From positions 704,001 to 768,000 of the forward strand of contig CAVYTA010000006.1 of NCBI GenBank assembly GCA_963771355.1: a stretch of 64,000 nt of DNA, in the 5' to 3' direction. This DNA is from an uncultured Candidatus Rokubacteria bacterium (GTDB taxonomy: Bacteria > Methylomirabilota > Methylomirabilia > Rokubacteriales > CSP1-6). How positions within the stretch are numbered: position 1 is the first letter of the stretch; each line of letters starts with the position of its first letter. A model generated the notes under the pieces. That model saw nothing but the letters and a program-made list of their open reading frames with translations, was not told the origin of the DNA and did no database searches. A program made the translations under genes and the position numbers. This document shows, piece by piece, positions 18,735 through 29,423 of the stretch.

Positions 18735-19919
18735 TCAGCCCCGGATCCCGTAGAGCGGGAGGTAGCGGCCGACCACCTGCTTCCAACCCCGCTCCGCGAT
18801 CACGAATCGGCGCGCTTCCAGACTAAGGCGCGCCCGCGTGACGGGATCGGCGCCGAGCCGGGCGGCGCCTGCCACCAGCGATTCGCGTGAGTCCGCGGGA
18901 AAGAGCAGCCCGGTGACGTCGTGTTGGATGAGCTCGGCCTGACCGCCGACATCGCTCGCGAGGACGGGACACCCCATGGCCATGGCCTCGAGCGGCTTGA
19001 GCGGCGTGACGAGATCGGTGAGCCGCATCCGGCGCCGGGGACAGACGAAGATGTCGATGAGGGAGTAGTAGTCCTTGACCTCGGAGTAGGGCACCCGGCC
19101 CGCAAAGACCACCGCGTCACCCGTGGCCGCGGCGAGGGCCCGGAGCTCCGCGTCTTCCTCACCGCCACCGACCAGCAGCACCCGAGCTCCGGGCAACCGC
19201 TGGCGCAGGGCGGGCACGGCTTCCACGAGGAGGCGAAGACCCTCGTAGTGATAGAACGACCCGATGAAGCCCAGCACGGGCGCACCGTTGAGACCGAGCT
19301 TCCGTGCCAGCGCCTCGTTGCGCGGCACCGGGGTGAACTCGGCCGCGTCCACGCCGTTGGGAACGACCGTGATCCGCTCGGGAGGCACGCCCCGGCGGAC
19401 GATCTCGTCGCGCATGGCGTCCGCGATCACGACGACCCGGTCGGCGTGCCGGAACAGCCAGGTCTCGATCCTGCGGCTCAAGCGGTATCGAAAGGACCCT
19501 TCGCGCGTGGTGCCATGGTCGACCGCCGCGTCCTCCCAGAACGCGCGGGCCTCGTAGACGACGGGCAGCCCCAGGCGGCGTCCGGCCCACAGCGCGGGAA
19601 GCCCGTTGAGCAGGGGAGAATGGGCGTGGAGCACTTGGGCGCCTTCGGCCCGCGCCACCTCCCGGATCCGGCGCACCAGCGCCGCCATCAAGCTCAGCTC
19701 GCGAAGGTAGGGGACATTCGCCCCCCGGCCCGGCCGGGTCCGGTAGTGTGCGATCCCCTCGAGCATCTCCCGCTCGGGCCCCGGCACGGGATGCTTGGGC
19801 GAGGTGACCACGACGGGGTGCAGTCCCGCCTCGCGCTGGAAGACGAGGATGTTCCGGCTGCGCGTGCTGTAACCGCTCATCGCCGGAAGAGAATGGTCGA
19901 GCACGTGCAGCACGATCAT
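18735..19919 (-). CDS. Glycosyltransferase family 4, exosortase A system-associated type
   Basis: HVLDHSLP..SGY, HAHSP, YEARAFWEDAAVDHG, GFIGSFYHYEGL and LVTPLKPLEAMA. Confidence 0.9.
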   Translation of the reverse strand: MIVLHVLDHSLPAMSGYSTRSRNILVFQREAGLHPVVVTSPKHPVPGPEREMLEGIAHYRTRPGRGANVPYLRELSLMAALVRRIREVARAEGAQVLHAHSPLLNGLPALWAGRRLGLPVVYEARAFWEDAAVDHGTTREGSFRYRLSRRIETWLFRHADRVVVIADAMRDEIVRRGVPPERITVVPNGVDAAEFTPVPRNEALARKLGLNGAPVLGFIGSFYHYEGLRLLVEAVPALRQRLPGARVLLVGGGEEDAELRALAAATGDAVVFAGRVPYSEVKDYYSLIDIFVCPRRRMRLTDLVTPLKPLEAMAMGCPVLASDVGGQAELIQHDVTGLLFPADSRESLVAGAARLGADPVTRARLSLEARRFVIAERGWKQVVGRYLPLYGIRG

Positions 19920-20248
19920 AGCGTTGTCACACTCCGTGACGGGCCGGCCGCGCGCAGCACGGGCCGAGCGGTGAGCAGATGGGCAAACGCGGTCAGATGG
20001 GCGAGCTCGCCAGCGCTTCGCTCACGCCCGTGCTCGATGTCCTCCAGCTTAGATTGTAAGTGATCGGCGGCGGCCAGACCAACCTTCGCGAGGACCCCTC
20101 CTGGGGGAACGAGGAAGGCGACGCTCACCCCCGGATCGTCGACGAAGTGATGGATGCCGTCGGCGGCCGAAGCGCCGAGATGATGGACGATCGTGTCCCG
20201 CGTGAGGTGGCGGGCGGCGCTTCCGAGGGCTGCGACGAGGCCGTGCAT
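19916..20248 (-). pseudogene. 110-aa internally deleted paralogue of the adjacent AsnB-like gene (first ~50 aa fused to last ~45 aa)
   Basis: Ungapped manual alignment to 20252..22120 gives 26/49 identities at the N-terminus and 19/44 at the C-terminus. The whole middle is missing. Confidence 0.75.
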
Positions 20249-20251
20249 GAG

Positions 20252-22120
20252 TCAGCGCGCCATGGTCCGCGTCTCGAGCAGGGGGGCGAGACCGGCCAGG
20301 TGCACGAGCTCGCCCACCCCGCGCGCACGGCCCTGCGCGACGTCGTCCATCCTCGATTGGAGTGGCTCGCGCTCCGCAAAGCCAAGCGCGCCGAGGAGCT
20401 CGACCGCCCGCGCACGCAGCGCCGCGCTCCCTCGGAGCCACTCGTCCCATTCGTCGAAGTCCGCGGTGGGGCCCGCGAGGACGGGCGCCATGAAGGGGAG
20501 GGAGAGACCCCGCTTCCGGAGCCGCGGCGCCCAGTGATGCAGCAAGGCCGGGCGCTTCAGCGGCAGCAGGGAGGCCGCATAAGGAAGCGCGGCGAACTCC
20601 GGGTAGCGGCGGCGGAGGAGCCGGATCTGGAGCTTGCGAAAGGCCGTCTCGGCCGGCCGCAGGCGGTACAGCGCTTCGAGCAGGGGCCAGTCGGCGATCA
20701 ACGGGAGATCCACCCGAAGGAAGCGTCGGCAGGCGACGGCCTGCTGGGCGATGTAGTTCCAGTTCCGGTTGGCCACCCGGAACTCCCGGAGCAGCACCGA
20801 CACCGATTCGTGCCAGGGCGCGAGCCGTCGGATCTCGCTCCAGACGTCCTGGCGGATATCGTCCTTTGCCGCCGCCAGGCGGGCCGCCACCGACGGGGCG
20901 AGGTGGCGCATCGCCCACTCGTCGGCGGCCGGGTCGAACACCTCGGTCCACATCGCCTCCACGAGCGCGTCCAGGCCGACCCGGGCGACCGAGTGATCCA
21001 CGAAGAGATCGAGCTTCTCGGCATATCGGGCCCGCCGCGAGAACATTGCCTGGAACTTGTAGTAGCTCCCGCCGAAGTATGTATCGCCGAGACAGCCGTC
21101 GAGGACCGCGTCGAAGCCGTCCTCGCTGACCCGCCGCGCGGCCAGGTAACGGTTCGGAAACACCGGGACGCCGCCCCAGCGCGCCGCGTCTTCCACGCTC
21201 TCCGCCACCGCGTCCCCCGAGAGCGGAACGTGAGTGAACGTGGCGCCGCGCGCGGTGGCGATGGCGCGGGCGACCGCGACATCCGGGAACCGCTCGGGTC
21301 CATAGCTGTAGCAGTGGAGCGGTACGTCACCGGGCCACGCGGCGAGGATCAAACGAGAGTCCATCCCGCCGCTGAGAAAGTGCGCGGTGCGCCCGCCCAC
21401 GCAGGCCAGGCGGCGGCAGGCGGCCTCGAGACGATCGCCCAGGTCGTCCAGATCGGCGGGACCCGGCGCGGGCGTGATGACGGTGGGATCGAGACGGGTG
21501 ACGCGGGTCTCCAGGCGTCCCGCGCGCGCGTCCCAGCGCAGGACCGACGCGCCGCGGAGCCGGCGGGCGCCCGCCACGACGTAGCGATCGCCGACGGTGT
21601 AGCCGGTGTAGAGAATCTCCGCGCAGGCCGTCCAGTCCGGCGCGGGGGCGGAGGGGCGGCCGAGGCCCAGCAGCCCGGGAATGGTGGTGACCACCCCCCC
21701 GTCCGGCCCCGGCAGATAGTAGAGCGGGATGGAGCCGAGGCGATCGTTGGCGACGACGAGCTCGCCCCGCGCCACGTCGAGGACCGCCAGGTTGAAGCTG
21801 CCGGCGATGACCGCGCTCAGCGCCGCGTCCAGGCCCTGCTGGGCGATGAGGTGAAGGAGCCGCTCCGGATGGCCCGCCGCCGGCGCCCGATCATCCAGCA
21901 GCAGGTAGCCTCCCACCGCGAGCCCGCGGGTCCCCCCCGGTCCCCACAGCACGGCCGGCGCCGCGCCCGGTATGGGCGGCGTGAGGACGGCGACGCGCAT
22001 GGCATCGTCACCCGCGAGCAGATGCACCTGGTCCGCGGCCAGCCCATCGAGCGACGCGACGAGCGTTTCTCGCGTCAGATCGCGCGCGGCGCGGCCGAAA
22101 GCGGCGATGAGCCCGTGCAT
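20252..22120 (-). CDS. Divergent asparagine synthase-related protein (no N-terminal Cys)
   Basis: Starts MHGL; GSFNLAVLD, NDRLGSIPLYY and PP-loop LSGGMDSR. Confidence 0.8.
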   Translation of the reverse strand: MHGLIAAFGRAARDLTRETLVASLDGLAADQVHLLAGDDAMRVAVLTPPIPGAAPAVLWGPGGTRGLAVGGYLLLDDRAPAAGHPERLLHLIAQQGLDAALSAVIAGSFNLAVLDVARGELVVANDRLGSIPLYYLPGPDGGVVTTIPGLLGLGRPSAPAPDWTACAEILYTGYTVGDRYVVAGARRLRGASVLRWDARAGRLETRVTRLDPTVITPAPGPADLDDLGDRLEAACRRLACVGGRTAHFLSGGMDSRLILAAWPGDVPLHCYSYGPERFPDVAVARAIATARGATFTHVPLSGDAVAESVEDAARWGGVPVFPNRYLAARRVSEDGFDAVLDGCLGDTYFGGSYYKFQAMFSRRARYAEKLDLFVDHSVARVGLDALVEAMWTEVFDPAADEWAMRHLAPSVAARLAAAKDDIRQDVWSEIRRLAPWHESVSVLLREFRVANRNWNYIAQQAVACRRFLRVDLPLIADWPLLEALYRLRPAETAFRKLQIRLLRRRYPEFAALPYAASLLPLKRPALLHHWAPRLRKRGLSLPFMAPVLAGPTADFDEWDEWLRGSAALRARAVELLGALGFAEREPLQSRMDDVAQGRARGVGELVHLAGLAPLLETRTMAR

Positions 22121-22125
22121 GGCGG

Positions 22126-22878
22126 TCAGCGGCTCCCGCCGGACGCGCGGCGGCGGGCGGCGAAGAGGAATCCGTGCGCGGCCAGCCCGGCCAGCCAGGG
22201 ATGGCGGTCGAAGGCCGCTCCGCCGCGGTCGCCTCCGAGCAGCCGGTCGAGGGCCGGCATGCCTCGCGGAGGCAAGTAGATGCCGTCGCGCTCCAAGAGG
22301 TCCAGGCCGTGACGGTCGAGCCACCCGGCGACCTCGGCGGGATTCCAGGCCAGCACGCGCGGCGGAAGCCGCCGCATCGTCTCGGCGAGCTTCCGGCCTC
22401 TCGCGATGAGGGCACCCCGGTTCAGGGCCTCGATTACCAGCGCCCCGCCCGGTCGCAGCACGCGTGCGATCTCGTCGAGCACCCGCTCGGGCTCGACGAG
22501 CGCCTGAAGCACGCCGATGGAGACGACAAGATCGAAGGTCCCGTTGCGAAAGGGCAGGCCGTACGCCTCACCGGCCAGATAGCCGCCCTTGGGTCCCGGG
22601 TCGGCGGCGCGGGCCCGCTCCAGGCTCGGCACGGAATAGTCCAGCCCCACTGTTCGGTGGCCGAGGCCCGCCAGGAGGCGAACATAGGTCCCGCCGCCGC
22701 AGCCGAGGTCCAGCGCCCGCGGGCTCGCGGGTAGCCCGAGGGTGGACAGGATGCGGCTGAAGACGGCAACGCGGCGGCGGAGGCCGAGCTGAGACCAGCC
22801 GGAAATGGCCGCCTCGTCCGTATGGGTACGCGCGAAGCGCTCGAACCGTGCGCGCCACTCGGCCTCGAACCGGCTCAT
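22126..22878 (-). CDS. Class I SAM-dependent methyltransferase
   Basis: LDLGCGGG, GLDYS, LPFRNGTFDLV and RVLRPGG. Confidence 0.88.
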   Translation of the reverse strand: MSRFEAEWRARFERFARTHTDEAAISGWSQLGLRRRVAVFSRILSTLGLPASPRALDLGCGGGTYVRLLAGLGHRTVGLDYSVPSLERARAADPGPKGGYLAGEAYGLPFRNGTFDLVVSIGVLQALVEPERVLDEIARVLRPGGALVIEALNRGALIARGRKLAETMRRLPPRVLAWNPAEVAGWLDRHGLDLLERDGIYLPPRGMPALDRLLGGDRGGAAFDRHPWLAGLAAHGFLFAARRRASGGSR

Positions 22879-24791
22879 GGCGCGAGGGCACCCTCGGCCG
22901 CCGGCGGGTCCACGAAGGTGCGGTGCCAGAGCTCGAGCACCATGAGGGCCCAGAGCTGGGAGGACCGGTCGCGAAGGCCGCCCTGGTGGTCCTCCCACAT
23001 CCCGCGCACGCGCTCCGGCCGGACATAGCCGCGCTCGGCCGCGCGACGGGAGAGGAGCAGCTCATGCGCCATGTCCCGCAGCTCGCCTCGCAGCCACGCT
23101 GCCTGCGGGATCTCGAAGCCCTGCTTCCGGCGATGGACCGTGGCCGCGGGCACGCGGCCCTCGAGATGCCGCTTGAGGAGGTACTTGGAGGTGCGGCCGT
23201 GGTACTTGAGGTCCGGCGGGATCGTCGCCGCAAACTCGATCACGTGATGGTCGAGCAGAGGGGCGCGCACCTCGAGGCTCGAGGCCATGCTCATCCGATC
23301 GACCTTGACGAGGATGTCGTTCGCCAGCCAGGTCTTGAGATCCACATAGAGAAGCTGGGTCAGGGGATCGAGATGCGCCACCCGGTCGAAGTGCCGGCGG
23401 AAGCCCTCGAACGAGTCGTGGCCGCCCAGGCTGCGGCACAGCTCCGGCGTGAGCAGCGCCGCCTTCTCGTCGGAGCGGAAGCGCGACAGGTCGGAGAAGT
23501 ACGCGCGCTCGAAGGTGGTGCCCAGGTTCTGCAGGAGATACCGGGCCCGGAGCGGGCGGGGTAGCCAGTCCGCCTTGGGATAGTGCGCGCCGATGGGGCC
23601 CAGGACGCCGGCGCGCACCCAGTCGGGCAGCCAGCGGCGCAGGCGCGCTTCCCAGCGGTTCATCCCGTAGCGGCGCTGATATCCCGCGAAGACCTCGTCG
23701 CCGCCGTCGCCGGACAGCGCCACCGTCACCCGCTCGCGTGCCGCCTTGGAGACGTAGTAGGTGGGCAGCGCGGAGGCATCCGCGAAGGGCTCGTCGAGGT
23801 GCCATACCAGCTTCGGCAGCACGTCGGCAGCCTGCGGGCGCACCATGAGCTCGTGATGATCGCTGCCCACCGCGCGAGCCACCGCGCGCGCGTGATGGGC
23901 CTCGCTGAATTCCCGCTCCTCGAAGGCGACGCTGGTGGTGAGCACCGGGCGGTCGGACAGCCGGGACATCGCCTCGACCACCGCGCTGGAGTCCACGCCC
24001 CCGCTGAGAAAGGCACCCAGCGGCACGTCGCTGATCAGGCGGCCTCGCACCGCCTCGGTGAAGACTTCGTCGAAACGGGCCAGCGCCTCCGCTTCGCCGC
24101 AGGGGCGGGCCGGCTCGTGCGGCACATCCCAGTACTCGGTGACCCGCACACCCCGCCGGTCCCAGACGAGATAGTGGGCGGGGAGGAGCTGCGCGATGCC
24201 CTGGAAGATCGAGCGCGGTGCCGCCACCGAGCCAAACGAGAAATAGTCGTCGAGGGCTTCCAGGTCCACCACCCGCTTGAGCGCGGGGTCCTGGAGCAGG
24301 GCCTTGAGCTCGGACGCGAAGCGGATACCCTCGGCGTCGGCCGCGTAGTACAGCGGCTTCTTGCCCACGCGGTCGCGCGCGAGCACCAGTCGATGGGCAC
24401 TCGCGTCCCAGAGGGCGAAGGCGAACATGCCCCGCAGGCGTGCCACGCAGTCCAGGCCCCACTCCTCGTAGGCATGGACGATGGCCTCGGTATCGGAGCG
24501 CGTCTCGAATCGGTGGCCGTGGGCCTCCAGCTCGGCGCGGAGAGCCTGGAAGTTGTAGATCTCGCCGTTGAGGATCACGGCCTTCGAGCGGTCCTCGTTG
24601 AAGATCGGTTGATCGCCTCCAACGACATCGATGATGCTCAGCCGGCGGTGGCCGAGACCCACCCCGCGCGCTACGTGGAGGCCTCCCGCGTCGGGGCCGC
24701 GATGCCGCATGACGTCGGTCATGCGCCCGAGCAGCGTCCGGTCCACCGGCTGCGCGGGGTCGGCGTAGGCGAGACCAGCGATGCCGCACAT
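22875..24791 (-). CDS. asnB: Asparagine synthase-family amidotransferase (glutamine-hydrolysing), exosortase A system type
   Basis: MCGIAG, HRGPD, RRLSIID, NGEIYN, FLSGGVDSS, LSGDGGDE and KVDRMSM. Confidence 0.92.
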   Translation of the reverse strand: MCGIAGLAYADPAQPVDRTLLGRMTDVMRHRGPDAGGLHVARGVGLGHRRLSIIDVVGGDQPIFNEDRSKAVILNGEIYNFQALRAELEAHGHRFETRSDTEAIVHAYEEWGLDCVARLRGMFAFALWDASAHRLVLARDRVGKKPLYYAADAEGIRFASELKALLQDPALKRVVDLEALDDYFSFGSVAAPRSIFQGIAQLLPAHYLVWDRRGVRVTEYWDVPHEPARPCGEAEALARFDEVFTEAVRGRLISDVPLGAFLSGGVDSSAVVEAMSRLSDRPVLTTSVAFEEREFSEAHHARAVARAVGSDHHELMVRPQAADVLPKLVWHLDEPFADASALPTYYVSKAARERVTVALSGDGGDEVFAGYQRRYGMNRWEARLRRWLPDWVRAGVLGPIGAHYPKADWLPRPLRARYLLQNLGTTFERAYFSDLSRFRSDEKAALLTPELCRSLGGHDSFEGFRRHFDRVAHLDPLTQLLYVDLKTWLANDILVKVDRMSMASSLEVRAPLLDHHVIEFAATIPPDLKYHGRTSKYLLKRHLEGRVPAATVHRRKQGFEIPQAAWLRGELRDMAHELLLSRRAAERGYVRPERVRGMWEDHQGGLRDRSSQLWALMVLELWHRTFVDPPAAEGALAP

Positions 24792-24803
24792 GGTGCCCTC
24801 TCC

Positions 24804-27800
24804 TCAGCGAGCCTGCGCCGCGGGGACGTCCCGCCGCGCGACCTCGGTGGCCAGCCTGGCGCGAGGCGGAGGCGCCGCGCTGGGCGTATCGCCGGCGAGC
24901 CGGTAGAGCCAGATGGTGGTGGGGCCGCCGCAGGAGACCCCCGAGACCCCGCAGTAGATGTTCTTGACCTCCACGTAGAGGAAGGCATTGTGGCGCGGCT
25001 CGTAGACGAAGGAATGGCGCGCGCGCCCGGGGATGCTCGGGCGGACGTCGGCGGGCGGGAGCTGTTCCCAGACGTCGCCGTCGGGATCCCAGGTCCAGGT
25101 ATGCGCCGGCCGCGCCGGCCGTTCGCCGGTGGCCTCGCGGGGGGAGGAGAGGAAGACGAGACGGTTGTTCCGCGAATCGTAATCCCAGTTCGCCCCCGCG
25201 GTGGGAATGCTCCCCGCGGGGGCGGCGGGATCGTCCGTCTTGCCGAAGGAGGCGATCTCCTTCCAGTCGCTCGTGTCGAGGTTCAGCCGCCAGAGCTTGG
25301 GACCGCCCCCGCCCGGCACCACCGGGGAGAGCAGCACGATGGCCTCGCGCCGCCGCGGTACCGCGGCGGTGGAGACGTACTTGGTGGCGAACGTGTATCC
25401 GTCCACGCTGGGGAATGCCGCCGCGTAGCTCCAGCGATCGGTCTTCAGGTCGAAGTGGTAGACGCCTCGGCGGGCATTGTTCTCGGTGTTGCTGGCGATG
25501 GCCACCATCCGCTCGTGGGCGGGATCGTAGACCATCGAGCCCGTACTGCCCCAGGTGGGTCCGGTATCGCGGTCCCGCCGGACCAGCAGCTTCCACTCGC
25601 TCCGGGCGACGTCGAAGGCCCACGTGCCCTCCCCCCCATGAAGATGAACCGCTTGCGAGGAGGGTCATACGTGGTGTTCTGGTAGGTGTGATGAACCCAC
25701 GGCCGCCCCTGCGGGCTCACTCCCCGGGTGGCGACGCCGCCGCCGCGAACCTGGCGGTGGGTGGGAGTGCCGGGCTCGGGGCACTCGGGGGCATAGGGAA
25801 TGGTCCATCGGTTGCCCTCGAACGAATACACGTCCACGTCATTGCCCGGATGCCCCGCGTGACCCCCACCGAACGACAGGACTATTCCCTCCCCGACCGC
25901 GAGACCGGAGAAGCTCCGAAAGATCGGGTTGCCGTCCGTGATGGTACGGCCACAGTCCGAGCTCTCCTTCTGATTCGAGAGCACGGACTGATACACCGTG
26001 CGCGGCGGTGACGTGAGCTGGCGCCACTGATTGCTCCCCAGGCCGCGCAGGTGCGCCGGCTCGGCAGGCGCTCCCTGGGCGATCACGCGAAGCGGAGGCC
26101 GTCCTTCCTCGAACGCGACCGGGATGACGGCGGTCGGGGTGGGGCGGGGCCCGGCGGGAGTCCGGAGCGCCGCGGGCTTGTCGAGCGGCGGCAGGGTCAC
26201 GCGCGCGGCGTCCCAGAAGAGCAGGTGGACGAACTGCAGCTCGCCGTTCATGCGGAAGAAGACCGGGTGGTTACCGCAGCAGTTGAAGTGCGCGTTGGCG
26301 AAGTGACCGACCACGCCGTCGCCGGCGGCCCGGAAGTTCGCCGGCTTTCGGTACTGGGCCTTGCTCCCGCGGTCCCAGAAGTAGCGGGCGCGGTTGAGGA
26401 AGGCCGGGTCGCCGGTGAGCCGGTAGCCGCGCACGAGCGTGTCCACCCAGGCGAAGGTGTGGTAGGGATTCATGACCGGCTCGACGTCGTCGCTTCCAGT
26501 CCTGGTACTGGATGGAGCCCGGCTGCGGCAGATCGAGCGACAGCGACTTGGCCGACTGTTGCCATTTCGGATGCAGCGCGTGGTCGCGCACGAACTCCGA
26601 CATGCGGATGAGACGCCGCTTCACCTCGGGGTTGCCGATACGCTCGTCGTAGCGGGCGAAGGCGGTGTGCAGCTCGCCGTTGTGGTGTGGGCTCACGTAC
26701 CAGCCGCCGGCCTGGCGCGGATAGGCGTAAGTGCCCCACTTCTCCTGCCAGTAGCTGGTGGCCAGCATCATCTCCATGATGTGGTCCGCCAGCTTCTTCC
26801 AGCGCGGGTCGTCGGTGGCGTCGTAGAGACGTACCGCGAAATGCAGGTTGCGCGCCACCGCGCGGGTCCCGTAAAGGGGGTGATACTCCTTCCGCCACAT
26901 CCAGAGCTGCTCGACGTTTTCCCCGAGGTCGATGGCGGCCTCCAGGGCGTCGAGGTCCCCGGTCAGGTCGTAGTAATCGAGGAGACCCCAGCCCCAGAGG
27001 TGATCCCCCGCCCACGTGTGGGTGTCGGTCTTGCCGTCGGCCGCCTCTTTCAGATAGGCGCGGTCGTAGGGCGTGAGGTCGATGGGGGCGTCCGGCCGGG
27101 CCACCGGCGGGCGCTCGCCATTGCCGTCCCAAGCATAGGTGAAGCCGTCGGTGCGGAAGACCATCTCCCACTTGTAGTAGTTGGCCCAGCCACGCGCGCG
27201 GTCGAGGAAGCCGCGAATCCCCGAGCGCAGGTACATGATCGCGTTCGACCACAGGTCGTCGGCCTCGGAGTCATGGTGGATGGACACGCGGGTCATGTTG
27301 ACCGCGTAGTCGGGCTGATGCGGGTAGTTGGGCTCCTGCTTGGCGCTCCACTTCCAGCCCAGGCGGCGGTAGGTCTCCCGCTCGTCCTCGAGGGACCCGA
27401 AGTGGCGCGTGCTCAGCTCCCCGTGCTGCGCATACCAGGCGGACTCGGCGACGGCGAAGAGCGGGCTCTGGGGCGCGCGGCTCTCCTTGGCAGGGTCGTA
27501 GAGCAGGGTGGCGCTGTAGTGGGTGAGGTCGGGAAGGACGTAGCCGCCGTTCTCCGCCACGCTCACGGCCTGCTTCTTCTTGCGGTCGCGCATGCCCGCC
27601 TGCTGCTCGGGGATGAGCTCGAAGGTCACCCCGGCGCCTCCCGCCACACTGACCGAGCCCAGGTACTGTGCCTGCGCCCGGGTCTCCCCGGTGCCGAGCA
27701 CCACCGTGGCCGAGGTGAGCTTGAGGTGGCGCCGCTCGGCCTGGAGGGAATTGCGGAGGATGTGCTCGACGCGCACGTACTTCTTGTTCGCGTAGAACGT

Positions 27801-28301
27801 GTATCGGGTGCTGAATCCGAAGCTCTTGACCTCTCCATAGTGCCCGTCCACCCGGAGTACCGCGCGCAGCGGCCCCCGATACTCCCAGGTCTCCTTGTCG
27901 GGCACGCCCTCGATCGGCGCGGCGGAGCCGGCCAGCGTCACGAACCGCTTGGTGGCAGGCGCGGTGGGCGCCAGCGGGGGCAGCGAGACCTGGGGCTCCT
28001 GCTCCTTGAGCGTGAGGGTCTTCGTTTGACCCGAGCCCACATCCACCTGGAAGTCGAGGAGGATCCAGGGAACACGGCCGCGAAGCGGCGTGACCTGCAG
28101 GGGAATCTCCTTGTTGCCGTCGAAGAGCGCCCAGCGCGTGCTGGTCGTGCCGGCGGGCAGGGGGACGCCGCTGGTCACCGGCTCGGCGGTGCGGCCGGTA
28201 CCCGCCGGCTCCTGGACGGACATGGGTATGCTGATGGCGGCCGCGGCCGGAGACGACAGGAGGCCGCCGAGGGCCAAGGCCAGGAACGCGCGAATCAGCA
28301 T
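24804..28301 (-). CDS. Large secreted multidomain protein (~1165 aa): YetA/exo-rhamnogalacturonan-lyase-like beta and alpha/alpha regions, Pro-rich linker, Kelch-like propeller; two apparent frameshifts
   Basis: Signal peptide, EPVTSGVPLP, GPLRAV, WGLLDYYDLTGD and YRLTGD helical repeats, FGGGHAG, HTY and YDP repeats. The fragments join at ~26495 and at the G7 run 25631-25637. Confidence 0.65.
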
Positions 28302-29416
28302 CGGCGCGGCCTCCCGGCCGCCGCCTCGACGTAGAGCCGACGATAGCCCTCGACCATCCGGTCGAGCCCGAACACCTCGACCGCCCGCTGGCGGCCCGCC
28401 TTGCCGTGCAGGGCCCGCAGGTGAGGGTCGCCGACATACGCGGCGAGGGCATGCGCCAGCGCGGCCGAGTCGCCCACCGGGACGAGGCTGCCGGTCACCG
28501 CCTCCTCCACCAGCTCGCCATTACCGCCGACGCGGGTCGCGACGACGGGCAGCCCACTGGCCATCGCCTCGAGAATGGTGTTCGAGATGCCCTCGTTGAG
28601 CGAGGGCAGGGTGAACACGTCGAGCCCCCGCAGGAGCAGCGCCACGTCGCCGCGCCGGCCCGCGAAGTGCACCCGACCCGCCAGATCGGGCCGGGCCGCA
28701 CGCTCCCGCAGGTGATTCGCCGAGGGCCCGTCGCCGATGAGCACCAGCGCGAGGTCACGCGGGCCGCCCTCGAGCCGGGCGAACGCCTCGAGGAGCGTCC
28801 CCTGATCCTTCACGGGATTCAACCGGCCCACGGTTCCGATCACGACGCGGTCGTCCGGGATGCCGAGCATCTTGCGGGCCTCGCTCCGGGATGAGTCCGC
28901 GAACCGCCCCGCGTCCACGCCGTTGACGATGGTCACGATCTTGGCGGGAGGGATCCCCACCGTCGTCGTGAGCCAGCGCTCCAGGTCCCGCGAGACCGTG
29001 GTGAACCGCCACACCAGCGGCGAGAAGAGACGGCGGAGGCGATTGCGGCGCCGGCTGGTCCCGCGCGGGTCACTGGCCTCCCAGCCGTGCTCGCCGTGGA
29101 TCAGCACCGGCACCCGGGCCAGCCGGGCCGCCGGCACGGCGTCGAGGGCACCCCAGTTCCGGGAATGCACGATGTCGGGCCGCAGGCGTCGCAGCACGCG
29201 AGTGAGCCGGACGGTGGCGCCGAGATCGAGTCCCGGCCGCTTGCCCAGAGGGTGAACGTCCACCGCGCCCCCGAGCCGGTCGGCCAGGACGCCGCGAGTC
29301 GTCATGGAGACGATGGTGTGACGGAACTCGCCGCCCAGCGCGTTGATGAGGTTGACCACGCCGTTCTCGGTCCCGCCGACCCCGAGGGAGTGGAGGACAT
29401 GGACGATGTGGATCAC
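28295..29416 (-). CDS. Glycosyltransferase family 4, PEP-CTERM/EpsH1 system type
   Basis: GGTENGVVNLIN, HSRNW, HGEHG, VGRLNPVKDQ and EGISNTILEAMASGLPV. Confidence 0.9.
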   Translation of the reverse strand: MIHIVHVLHSLGVGGTENGVVNLINALGGEFRHTIVSMTTRGVLADRLGGAVDVHPLGKRPGLDLGATVRLTRVLRRLRPDIVHSRNWGALDAVPAARLARVPVLIHGEHGWEASDPRGTSRRRNRLRRLFSPLVWRFTTVSRDLERWLTTTVGIPPAKIVTIVNGVDAGRFADSSRSEARKMLGIPDDRVVIGTVGRLNPVKDQGTLLEAFARLEGGPRDLALVLIGDGPSANHLRERAARPDLAGRVHFAGRRGDVALLLRGLDVFTLPSLNEGISNTILEAMASGLPVVATRVGGNGELVEEAVTGSLVPVGDSAALAHALAAYVGDPHLRALHGKAGRQRAVEVFGLDRMVEGYRRLYVEAAAGRPRRC

Positions 29417-29423
29417 GAGCGCC

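Noticed and set aside
20252..22120. Lasso peptide cyclase / RiPP cluster
   Set aside because: No precursor peptide, B protease or RRE gene is visible, and the context is polysaccharide biosynthesis.
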